A DNA stretch of 64,000 nucleotides from Paragordius varius. Its lineage: Eukaryota > Animalia > Nematomorpha. The notes under the pieces were generated by a model, which was not told where the DNA came from, made no database searches, and saw only the letters and a list, made by a program, of their open reading frames with translations. The stretch's first letter is position 1. Each line of letters opens with the position of its first letter. The DNA lies in assembly GCA_964247055.1 (NCBI GenBank), contig OZ176050.1, forward strand, positions 7,068,001 to 7,132,000, given 5' to 3'. The translations under genes were made by a program, and so were the position numbers. Positions 39,228 through 50,900 of the stretch are shown here, one piece after another.

Positions 39228-42200
39228 TTATTACATTACATGTTTTCACTCGTGAGAGCGGTCATGTTATACAACCTGTCTCGCCATAAAACTCTATCTA
39301 TGGCGTCCTCTGCATTAAGCTCGTATTCTGCTAGCTCTCTTTTTACTGTATCTATCCATTTTGTTTTAGGCCGCCCTCGTCCTCGTTTTCCCTCAACTAT
39401 ATAACCATCTATTATTTTTGCAATATAATTAGAATCTCTCCTTTCAATGTGCCCGAACCAACGTAGCCTATTTTTTGACATTCTTTCCACTATTGGTTTA
39501 ATATCTGTGCTCCCACGAATAAATCTATTCTCGATTCTGTCCTTTCTAGTTACCCCACACATCATTCTGAGCATTTTCATTTCAGTCACGTTAAATTGTC
39601 TTTCTTCGGATTTTTTGACACCCCATGTCTGTGAATTATACATCATTGAGGGCTGGACAACTGAACTGTAAATCTTACCTTTCACTCTAACATCAATATT
39701 TCGATCGCATAATACGCTCGAAATTTTCTTCCAATTTACCCAGCTGCTCTTTATTCTTAAATTAATATCGTCAGTTAACGAACCATCTGCACTTAACATA
39801 GCTCCCAGATATTTGCAACTTTCTTTACCCTTCAGAACCCAACTATCATCAACTACCATTTCATGTTGTGGACCCCCAAAAGTAATAAGTTCGGTTTTTG
39901 CTTTGTTTACTTTCAGACCATATTGATCCAGCATAACAACCCATCTGTTTACCGTTCGCTTTAACTCAATTAATGAATCAGACAAGATGATTATGTCATC
40001 TGCATACATTAAGTACCATCCTGAACTCACATTAACAACCTTGGCTACCTCGTCCATACAAATTATAAACAATAAGGGGCTGAGTGATGAGCCTTGGTAG
40101 ACTCCATGCTTTATTGAAAAGGGCTCTGATAAACCTTGTGGAGTTTTAATCCTGGAGGTGTGTGATTCGTACATTATTTGTAACAACTTAATATAACTTT
40201 CTGGCACCTTTTTACGACGGAGACTCCACCAAATAGTTTCTCTAGGAATCCTGTCAAACGCCTTCTCTATATCAATCAAAACCCCGTGTAATTCTTTCTT
40301 TTTTTCAATGTGTTTTTCAATCAACCTCCTAACCGCATGTATAGGATCTACTGTTGACTTTCCTGGCATGAAACCAAATTGATTTCCTTCTATAGATATC
40401 ATTTTCCTGATTCGCTTTTCAATTATTTTTTCAAACAATTTCATAGTGTGCGACATAAGTTTTATCCCTCTATAGTTACTACATTCATTTATATCACCTT
40501 TTCCTTTAAATAAAGGCACAGTTAAACTTTCCTTCCATTCAACCGGGATTTCATACGTTGAAACAACTTTATTAAATACACGCTCCAAAAAATTTAATCC
40601 AGAATTTCCAAGCACTTTCCAACAATTTATATTTATGTCGTCCGATCCTACAGCTTTGTTGTTTGGCATTTCTAACAAATTAGATTCTACTTCCTTTTGT
40701 GTAATTGCTTCGATTGGTCTATCAGTAGCTTCAACTGTATTTGGCAAAAATATCTCGCCTACCCCTTCATCTAAACTCACAAAGTACTCTTTCCATCTTT
40801 TTAATATTTCTACATTTTCGCACAGCAAGCTTCCATCTTTTCCTTTTATTGCAGTCGCATAACCTGGCAAATCCATCCTGCGTTTATTCCTTTGCTGCGC
40901 AACTTTATACACTTTGTTTAAACCTTGCTTACTATTTAACTCATCATAAAATAAATTCATTTTTTCTTTCTTAACCTGACCGACTAATTTTTTCAATTCC
41001 TTATTTAAACTTTTATACTTATCTCTATCATCATCATTCCTTGTATGTCTCCATTTGTCAAAAGCCTTACCTTTTTCTCGTGACATCAATTTTATTCTTT
41101 CATCGTAAAGCCAAGCCTCTCTGTATACTTGAGATTTTCCGCCTTTTAATCCACAAACTAGAGTTCCTGCCTTTTTGATTAACTGACTTACTTTATCCCA
41201 ATCACCATTTAACCCTCCATCCTCGGATAACCGTATTTCTTTTATAAAAGCCTGCCTTTTTTCGGATAATTTCTCCCACTTAATACTTTTTAATCTCTTT
41301 GAATAAGAACCACTTTGTTTAGACTTTTCTTTCACGAAAAATTTACAAATAAGTAAATTATGTTGCGAACTAACCTCTAAGTTTGGCACGACCTTACAAT
41401 CTATCACAAGCTTCAATAAATCTCTTGGAACAAGTATAAAATCTATTTGAGATTTGTTTATGCCGCTCTTAAAAGTTACTAGATGACTCTCTCTTTTTTC
41501 GAAAAACGTGTTCGCTATCGCCAAATTGTGAGATTGTGCAAATCTGAGCAAATTAATTCCTTCCTCGTTTCTTTCTCCATAAGAATGTCCCCCGTGCCAT
41601 ATTTCAAAAGATTCCCTTTTTGAACCAAGATGACCATTAAAATCCCCACATAAAAACTTGACTCTGAGCTGAGGGAGAGCGACTATTTTTTTATCTAAAG
41701 TCTCGTAAAATTGCTCCTTTTCTTGTTTGGGTAAACCTATTTGCGGGGCATATATACTAAATACCGTTATGACCTCGTTACCTACCAAAATATCTAAATT
41801 CATGATTCGGCTGTTATAGCGTCTAACCTCTTTAACCTGATTGGACAATTTGGGATTAATGATAATTGCCACTCCATTTCGTCCGCCACTTTCACCTGAG
41901 TAATATAGTCGATAATTCTCTTCCAAAGTCCTTGCTCCGTTTCCGCGGTAACGAGTCTCTTGTAATGCCAAAATATCAATATGTTTAACTTTCATTATTC
42001 TCACAATATCATTTAACTTACTTTTCAATGAACCAACATTTAAACTAGCAAAATACAAACAACCCGTATTCCTTTTCATTCTCTTTGTATTATTGGCCAC
42101 AACACCAAAACCGCGGCTGGCCAGGCCTGACCGGTTATTACTATACACATCAATATTCATTTGACAGCTTTAAACAAACAAAATAAAATAATAAAATTGA

Positions 42201-42594
42201 AGTGTCGAACTAATTATGACAAATTGATAGATGTTAAAAAAAATAAAAATAAAAACCTAGGCTATAGGTATAAACGGAAATTATATTTCGCAATAAAAAA
42301 AAATATTAAAGCAAAAATTATGTATAAAACAATATAAATCAAAGGTTATTTTATGTGTCATAGTAAAAAATAAAATAAATAGTGCTACAATACTTATCCA
42401 AGAATACGATCTATATATTTAAGAGGATATTAATAGGCAAATTATAGGAAAAGGCCAACGGTAAGTCCTACGTCCAAAAACAAAATGGGAATAGGTATGT
42501 TATAACAAATTTTAAAGTATAGGATAAGTGATAAAAGATAGAATAAACTTTGAAGATAAATAGATAAGAATTTAGAATTTTATCTATATAATTA
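39228..42594 (-). mobile_element. Full-length RTE-clade non-LTR retrotransposon
   Basis: TAA-type tail directly after the stop codon, a 434-bp 5' leader, and a 6-bp TSD ATATTA (39222-39227 and 42595-42600). Removing the insert restores the transposase frame CYFCAVPKPYINKKNKKPIEYP. Confidence 0.88.
39236..42160 (-). CDS. RTE ORF: APE endonuclease plus reverse transcriptase, 974 aa, uninterrupted
   Basis: APE motifs LQET, GDFNGH and IDF. RT motifs NYRGIKLMSH, QFGFMPG, KAFD, QGSSLSP, YADD and KYLG. Confidence 0.95.
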   Translation of the reverse strand: MNIDVYSNNRSGLASRGFGVVANNTKRMKRNTGCLYFASLNVGSLKSKLNDIVRIMKVKHIDILALQETRYRGNGARTLEENYRLYYSGESGGRNGVAIIINPKLSNQVKEVRRYNSRIMNLDILVGNEVITVFSIYAPQIGLPKQEKEQFYETLDKKIVALPQLRVKFLCGDFNGHLGSKRESFEIWHGGHSYGERNEEGINLLRFAQSHNLAIANTFFEKRESHLVTFKSGINKSQIDFILVPRDLLKLVIDCKVVPNLEVSSQHNLLICKFFVKEKSKQSGSYSKRLKSIKWEKLSEKRQAFIKEIRLSEDGGLNGDWDKVSQLIKKAGTLVCGLKGGKSQVYREAWLYDERIKLMSREKGKAFDKWRHTRNDDDRDKYKSLNKELKKLVGQVKKEKMNLFYDELNSKQGLNKVYKVAQQRNKRRMDLPGYATAIKGKDGSLLCENVEILKRWKEYFVSLDEGVGEIFLPNTVEATDRPIEAITQKEVESNLLEMPNNKAVGSDDININCWKVLGNSGLNFLERVFNKVVSTYEIPVEWKESLTVPLFKGKGDINECSNYRGIKLMSHTMKLFEKIIEKRIRKMISIEGNQFGFMPGKSTVDPIHAVRRLIEKHIEKKKELHGVLIDIEKAFDRIPRETIWWSLRRKKVPESYIKLLQIMYESHTSRIKTPQGLSEPFSIKHGVYQGSSLSPLLFIICMDEVAKVVNVSSGWYLMYADDIIILSDSLIELKRTVNRWVVMLDQYGLKVNKAKTELITFGGPQHEMVVDDSWVLKGKESCKYLGAMLSADGSLTDDINLRIKSSWVNWKKISSVLCDRNIDVRVKGKIYSSVVQPSMMYNSQTWGVKKSEERQFNVTEMKMLRMMCGVTRKDRIENRFIRGSTDIKPIVERMSKNRLRWFGHIERRDSNYIAKIIDGYIVEGKRGRGRPKTKWIDTVKRELAEYELNAEDAIDRVLWRDRLYNMTALTSENM

Positions 42595-44444
42595 ATATTA
42601 ATAAAAAAAACAAAAAACCTATCGAATATCCAAACTTTTCCTGCGCAATTCGTCCTGTTTATCATTCCACTGATCTTCCCGTACCACCATCTCCAACCAT
42701 TCATATGGATTTATTTGATATGATGGATGATACTGATTTGGAGTTTTATCAGCAAGATATAAAGGATACTCATAAATTAAGTGGCACTGAGGTCATATCC
42801 CTAATCAAAAAGTTGCATCTCTCTAAACGGTATTTTTAGAAAAAATAATAGATTTGCGCATTTTATAATTTATTTTATTTTTCTTAAACTGAAATGCGTT
42901 AAATATATAAGTTAAATTTTGTATTTATCTTTGAATACGCTAAATATTTTTTTAATATATTATTATATTAGGTCGTCCGAACTTATGGTGTGGACTATTA
43001 ATCGAAAGAATTTAACTGACATCAATATAACCAGTTTTCGGAATAGAGGAATAAATTTCCGAAAATATATTTCCGAAAACAGTTATTTATCATGGTGTCA
43101 TGATATAATTGGCTTAATGCAGGAAATGAATTATCCATATGATTCATCACAATGGGTATTATTTCTAGACGCTTCTCAGGTATATAATATTTTACATCTT
43201 TAGGAAAGTTTGAAGGCATTTTTTTGGACCGTGCCGGAGAGCACAGGCCAATATTAATAGCATTCAGCCGAGTTTATAGGGAAACCTATGATAATTTTAA
43301 AAATATTTTGCAACTCCTCCGATACAACTTCCATTATTGGCATGTAACAGGGGATTATAAAGTTTCTAAAATTCTAATATTTTTATAGGTCATGGGACTG
43401 CTTTACGGAATACAGAAAGGATTTCCTAAATTCTTTTGTCCTTTGTGTGAGTGGGACTCGCGGGACACCGATAACCATTACACAAAAAAAAATTGGCCCG
43501 CCAGAACTTATGAAGTTGGGCCCAAGAATCAGACTAATTCTCCATTAATATCAGCTAACAAATTTGTTTTGCCGCCATTGCACACACTGCTTGGATTGGC
43601 CAAAACATTTTTGTGCAGTCTCGATAAAAATGGCGAAGCTTGGGCCCATTACTTCAGGAAGTTCAGGATGACGCCTGCCAAAATTAACGCCGCAGTTTTG
43701 ATAGGGCCGCAGGTATTATACTTTTAATTTTAGGTTACGAATCTTTTCAATGATGTTATGTTTGAATCTAAAATGCAACCCAAAGAAAAAGCGTCATGGG
43801 TTGCATTGCGAACTTTTTCTCAAAATTTTTTGGGAAATACAAAAAATAAGAACCATCTGGATTTAGGCAATCGTTTAATCGATTCTTTCAATAGGATGGG
43901 TATGTATGTTATAATACATTTGTTTTTTAAACATTTATATTAATTATTATCCTATAGGATGCCGCATGAGTCTAAAGCTCCATATGGTGGATTCCCATCT
44001 ACATTTTTTTCCAAAAGACTCAATTAGTGACCAAAGAGGAGAAAAGGGTCACCAGCTTTTGAAACCCTTCGAAAAAACCTATCGAAACAATATAAATTTA
44101 ATTTGCGATTATATATATATATGAATAAATAAATTATTATTTTATTTTTTCTACTAATTTACTTTATTATTCTAGATTAGATTATCCGTGTCTTAAAATC
44201 TTTTGACCAAAATATATTCTAAATATTCACTCTAATAACTGAATATAATTAGGATTTGCATATAGTTCAATATAATATGATGAAATTATTTATTAATGGT
44301 ATATTTTATTAGGCATATTCTTCAATTTTCTCTGCACAGTCGTCCATATTGAAAGCTAATCTATTAGCTGATGTGATATACAAATTGTTGCGATTGGGTA
44401 CTTTGTCATGATAATATAACTACCTATTAATAAAATACTTATAT

Positions 44445-44620
44445 GTGGCAGACGCCAAAATCGAATTGGTAAATAATTTTAAATACTTGGGCGATGTCAT
44501 ACATTGTCTAGGTGGAATAAACAAATCAGTTAAATATAGATCCCAACAGGTTGGGGTAAAATACCATTAACTTAAATTTATGCTTAAACATATATCAGCA
44601 AAAAACAAAGGTTGATTAGA
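44445..44620 (+). pseudogene. Decayed LINE RT C-terminal fragment inside the Chapaev element
   Basis: IELVNNFKYLGDVIHCLGG..KNKG, with one stop, matches the FKYLG region of non-LTR RTs. Confidence 0.55.
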
Positions 44621-46191
44621 GTTGTTGATAAGCGACAATAGTTTAAATTAAATGAAACGTTAACGACAAAAAATAATTTAACTGAAGAGACGATAACCCA
44701 AATAAAATTTTTAAGAATATATGGTTAAAATTATTAAAAATATAATTTAGTATATGAGGGTGCTTTCCTTTGATTTCCCTGTGGCATACCTGTTCCCTAA
44801 ACAACTGAAATTTTATAGGTGATTAAACTATTTTAAAAAAGAATTCATTTCCGAGTATCGTAAAACTTCATCAGGGTAATAAGCTTCTTTAGATTGCACT
44901 CTTGACAAAGAGGGAATCATCCATATCCCTAAAGTATATATATATATATAATGTATTTGATGGTATCAAGGTGTTTTCTTCTCTTATCTAAAAGGCAGAC
45001 GATTTTTCCGATTCAGAATTCAATCACAAATTTATATAAGAATCATTGTCCATTTTATATTATTTTAAAATATTTAAAAATGAAGCAAACGAATCAACAT
45101 ATCTGCCACCATATATGGTCAAAATTTAAAAATTTCAGATGAAAAAATGAAATTAGTATTTACAGCTGACTAAATTAAATTATTTTTTACATAAAAAAAG
45201 CAACAAAAAAGCTGTAAAAATTAAATTTATTTTTTAAAATAAAAGTCCACAAAGCTATTACAAAGTGATATTTATATTTAAACAAACATTATCAACATCC
45301 AAGAACATATAATAAAGTTTGTTTTGATTTAATAAATTGATAAAAAATATTTGTGTGAAAAAATGTTTAGTTACCCAATTTTTGAGGGTTTTTGCCCCCT
45401 AAAACAAAAAGTATTGGATATTTTAAGTAAATTTTTTTTTTATTTTGAAGATAAATTGGTAATTTCTTGTAAAAATACTTATGTAAGCCACATATTATTC
45501 GTTTACATAGCGAAAAATATTTACAAACAAGAAAATTTTGGATATGTCCAAATATGGAAAAAGTCCCATATCTCGAAAACGAGCTGGGAAAGTAAAAAAA
45601 TTTTTTACGCAAATCTGATCACAATACTATAAGGAATCAGAAAATATTTAGAAAATCGAGTCCAGAAAAAGTTGTGTCACAGTGTAATTTAATCACAATT
45701 TCAAAATATACCATTTGCACTTTTAGAGTATCCTTAAACATAGTTGGTCTATTCTTTAAACATTTTAAAGTGGTCGTTGGACATTTCAAGCCAAGAAACA
45801 AGTTTGCCCAATTTAAGTTGGTGTATAAATTTTTAGATTACGAGTGTAACCGTAATTTATGCATATAATTGATTATCTTTTATATTTTTACCTAATATCT
45901 TGGTTTTTTAGTATTTTTTCATTCAAAATTATTTTTTTTATATAAAACAATTTCTTTTGCTACGAAATATATGAAATTGTATTAATGACCTCTTAATGTT
46001 GTTAACGAACAATTGATAACCCGTAATTAAATATTTTTTGATGACATTAAAATTTTATTGATATTAAAACATTCAAAAAATTAATAAAATATATTGTTTC
46101 AATAAGAAAAAAATTAATGATAATTTGAAAATTTAGGTGAAAATATAAAATAGGTTAAAAAAGATATGATAGATACACATGGTGTAATTAA

Positions 46192-47270
46192 CACTTGGAT
46201 ACAATACATTTATTTCAGTGCTTCTATTCAAATTGGGATAGTTAGGTACCCCAGGCTTGTAAATTGAATATCTCCAAAAGTATGGAATAAATTGAAATCA
46301 TGGCAAAAGTATGCACACAACATTAACACTTCGATTCAAATTGGGGTATTTAAATACCCCACACTAAATTTGAGTTAGGATTTTTAAAAAACTGCTGAAG
46401 GAAACGGTCCCAATTTAAATTTGTGCTCCTATCCTAATAAAAATTATATAAATATGCCAAAATACTAAATAAAATTTGTTTTGAAAAAAAAGTTCAATGT
46501 CAAACTACTTGGACGCCATTTCTATTTTGCAAAATATTTGCAAAATATCGCCTTCATTTATTATTAAGGGTGAAATTAAATCTAATTTTATTTAAATTAC
46601 ATCTAAAATTGATAGAAATAGAGAAAGCGGTTTATTTTGTATTATTTTTTTTAATTCTATCATTGCACACATGTCGCGTTGACTAATTTTTTACCTTACG
46701 GTTTTAGCTTAAAATAACTAATATCAAGTATTTTTAAATAAATAATTTTATATATTTTGGTTTATTAATGTTATATAAGTGCAAAATTTTGCCATGGTTT
46801 CGATTCCTTCCATATTTTTTATAGAATTTAATTTTAATCAGGCCTGGGGTATTTAACTACACTAATTTGAATCGAAGGACTAAAATGAAACAGTTGTATC
46901 CAAGTGTTAATGAAACGAAATATAATAAAAAATTCATCCAAAATATTTGATATTACTTATTCAGAGGTAAAACCCAAAGGTAAAAATTTGGCCAACATGA
47001 CATGTGTACATAAGCTAAATATAAAAATAATGCAAAATATACCACTTTTTCAGATTATATCAATTAATGTGATTTTATAAAAAAGTAATAATCAAATACA
47101 CAGAATATTTTTTGTAAAAGAAAAATGGTGTGTAAGTAATTTGATGCGCATTTTTTCTAAAACTAAATTTTATTTAGAAATTTATTTATATAAATTTTTG
47201 GAACCGTTTCTTTCAGTAGTTCAAAATTAGAACTTAAATATTGTCCGAGGTATTTAGATACCCCACATAA
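46192..47270. mobile_element. piggyBac-like MITE containing an inverted copy of the same family (46327-46906)
   Basis: The inner copy is flanked by TTAA (46323-46326 and 46907-46910). The outer halves rejoin to match the copy at 6130-6691, and the inner reverse complement starts CACTTGGATACAA like the outer left end. Confidence 0.75.
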
Positions 47271-47999
47271 ATATTAAAAACAGATAAATATGTCAAATCA
47301 AAAAACGAAGTTAAAGTGTTCAGAACGAACTAAAGTTTAAAGACCAACTTGAGTTTAATGATAAGTTGAAGTGTTAAAAGGCACTTTTGACGTGCAAACG
47401 GTACATAAATATGTGCCGATTTGCAACTCTAATGAATACTTTGCTATTTAAAACAATGTATATTAATAAAAGATTTAAGTAAAGCGGGAGAAAAAATATT
47501 TTTAGTTTTGCCTATATAATTCGAATTTTTACTGTATAAATACTCATATTAAAATGGTTAATTTAATTTAATTGTGGAAAGTAGTGGATGATTAAACCGA
47601 CACTTATATGGTTAATATAGTATGATTGTTAAAAAATATGGCTGATTTTTAAAAACCATACTTATTGATATAAATATGAAATTTAATGTTTGTTTATTTC
47701 ACACTATAGTTTGGCGATTTGCAACACAGTAGTGTATGGAAAAAACAAAAAAGAATAAAATAAAAAAGTAATTTAAGAATGGAAAAAATTGTTTATTCGA
47801 CATTTTATTGTTTTTTCCTTACAGACCTGTGCTGCAAATTGACTAATGTGAAATAAGTAACCATCAAAATGCATTTATTTAATAGCGTACATATGAATGT
47901 TTAATAAAACGCTGGTTGATTTACGAAAAAGTGACACTTGATTGGTTTATAGGAATCGATTTTGGGAAAAGTATGGTTTAATATTTAAAAACTTATACT

Positions 48000-50900
48000 T
48001 GTACGGTTAATATAATTGAATTGTTGTAAATTAATTACCCATCTTTGTATAGTTAATATAATTTAATTGTTGTTAAGAAATGGTTGAATATTGTAATTAC
48101 CCATCTTTGTATGGTTAACATAATTTAATTGTTGTTAAGATATGGTTAATATTTTACCCATACTTGTATGGTTAATATAATTTGATTACTGTGAATTAAT
48201 GGTTGAATATTATAACTATCCATATTTGTATGATTAACATAATTTGATTGTTGTTAAGATATGGTTAATATTTTACCCATACTTGTATGGTTAATATATT
48301 TGATTAGTGTAAATGGTTGAATATTGAAATTACCCATGTTTGTATGGTTAATATAATTTGATTACTGTAAATTAATGGTTGAATATTATAACTATCCATA
48401 TTTGTATGATTAACATAATTTGATTGTTGTTAAGATATGGTTAATATTTTACCCATACTTGTATGGTTAATATATTTGATTACTGTAAATTAATTGTTGA
48501 ATATTGTAATTACCCATGTTTGTATGGTTAATATAATTTGATTACTGTAAATTAATGGTTGAATATTATAACTATCCATCTTTGTATGGTTAATAAAATT
48601 TGATCGTTGTTATAATATGGTTAATATTTTACGCATACTTTTATGGTTAATATATTTGATTACTGTAAATTAATTGTTGAATATTGTAATTACCCATAGT
48701 TGTATGGTTAATATAATTTGATTACTGAAAATTAATGGTCGAATATTATAATTACCCATCTTTGTATGGGTAACATAATTTGATTGTTGTTAAGATATGG
48801 TTAATATCTTACCCATACTTGTATGGTTAATATATTTGATTACTGTAAATTAATGGTTGAATATTGTAATTACCCATGTTTTATGGTTAATATAATTTGA
48901 TTACTGTAAATTAATGGTTGAATATTGTAATTACCCATGTTTGTATGGTTAATATAATTTGATTACTCTAAATTAATGGTTCAATATTATAACTATCCAT
49001 CTTTGTATGGGTAACATAATTTGATTGTTGTTAAAATATGGTTAATATTTTACCCATACTTGTATGGTTATTATATTTGATTACTGTAAATTAATGGTTG
49101 AATATTGTAATTACCCATGTTTGTATGGTTAATATAATTTAATTGTTGTTAAGAAATGGTTATAATTTTACCCATACTTGTATGGTTAATATAATTTCAT
49201 TACTGTAAATTATTGGTTGAATATTGTAATTACGCATCTATGTATATTTAATATAATTTGATTGTTGTTAAGAAATGGTTAATATTTTACCCATACTTGT
49301 TTAGTTAATATAATTTCATTACTGTAAATTAATGGTTGAATATTGTAATTACCCATCTATGTATGGTTAATATAATTTGATTGTTGTTAAGAAATGGTTA
49401 ATATTTTACCCACATTGTATGGCTAATATAATTTCATTACTGTAAATTAATGGTTGAATATTGTAATTACCCATCTTTGTATGGTTAATATAATTTGATT
49501 GTTGTTAAGCAATGGTTAATATTTTACCCATACTTGTATGGTTAATATAATTTGATTACTGTAAATTAATGGTTGAATATTGTAATTATTCATCTTTGTA
49601 TGGTTAATATAATTTGATTGTTGTTAAGCAATGGTTAATATTTTACCCATACTTGTATGGTTAATATAATTTGATTACTGTAAATTAATGGTTGAATATT
49701 GTAACCTATCTTTGCATGGTTAATTTGATTGTTGTTAAGAAATGGTTAATATTTTACCCATACTTGTATGGTTAATATAATTTGATTACTGTAAATTAAT
49801 GGTTGAATATTGTAACCTATCTTTGCATGGTTAATTTGATTGTTGTTAAGAAATGGTTAATATTTTACCCATACTTGTATGGTTAATATAATTTGATTAC
49901 TGTAAATTAATGGTTGAATATTGTAACCTATCTTTGCATGGTTAATTTAATTTGATTGTTGTTAAGAAATGGTTAATATTTTACCCATACTTGTATGGTT
50001 AATATAATTTGTTTACTGTAAATTAATGGTTGAATATTGTAATTACCCATCTTTGTATTGTTAATATAATTTGATTGTTGTTAAGAAATGGTTTATATTT
50101 TACCCATACTTGTATGGTTAATATAATTTGTTTACTGTAAATTAATGGTTGAATATTGTAATTACCCATCTTTGTATTGTAAATATAATTTGATTGTTGT
50201 TAAGAAATGGTTTATATTTTACCCATACTTGTATGGTTAATATAATTTGTTTACTGTAAATTAATGGTTGAATATTGTAATTACCCATCTTTGTATGGTT
50301 AATATAATTTGATTGTTGTTAAGAAATAATTAATATTTTACCCATACTTGTATGGTTAATATAATTTGTTTACTGTAAATTAATGGTTGAATATTGTAAT
50401 TACCCATCTTTGTATGGTTAATATAATTTGATTGTTGTTAAGAAATAATTAATATTTTACCCATACTTGTATAGTTAATATAATTTGATTAATTAATGGT
50501 TGAATATTGTAATTACCCATCTTTGTATGGTTAATATAATTTGATTGTTGTTAAGAAATGGTTTATATTTTACCCATACTTGTATGGTTAATATAAATTG
50601 TTTACTGTAAATTAATGGTTGAATATTGTAATTACCCATCTTTGTATGGTTAATATAATTTGATTGTTGTTAAGAAATGGTTTAAATTTTACCCATACTT
50701 GTATGGTTAATATAATTTGTTTACTGTAAATTAATGGTTGAATATTGTAATTACCCATCTTTGTATGGTTAATATAATTTGATTGTTGTTAAGCAATGGT
50801 TAATATTTTACCCATACTTGTATGGTTAATATAATTTGATTACTGTAAATTAATGGTTGAATATTGTAATTATTCATCTTTGTATGGTTAATATAATTTG

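Larger units (their letters stand above)
38869..44124 (+). pseudogene. Chapaev3-type transposase with six introns (31, 142, 24, 27, 21 and 58 nt), interrupted by the RTE and one 1-bp frameshift
   Basis: Motifs CHICGQY, GDLDKNWAP, PMIWREP..CYFC, FLDAS, GDYKV, CPLCEWDSR, PPLHTLLGL, GPQ and MSLKLH..SHL..F. Introns at 38900-38930, 42830-42971, 43180-43203, 43362-43388, 43713-43733 and 43900-43957. Frameshift in the T7 run at 43219-43225. Confidence 0.88.
38234..45684 (+). mobile_element. Chapaev3-type (CMC superfamily) DNA transposon, 7451 bp including the RTE insert
   Basis: Termini CACTGTG...CACAGTG, a 3-bp TSD TAA (38231-38233 and 45685-45687), near-identical TIRs of ~560 bp (38234-38805 and 45124-45684), and an internal transposase. 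Confidence 0.9.

Noticed and set aside
39204-40974. Plus-strand ORFs within the RTE (39204, 39447, 40635, 40741)
   Set aside because: They are antisense shadows of the RT ORF.
1-47000. Alternative genetic code or prokaryotic/viral origin
   Set aside because: ORFs of 1295, 974 and 620 aa read cleanly in the standard code, and all interruptions are explained by GT-AG introns, the antizyme frameshift or TE decay.
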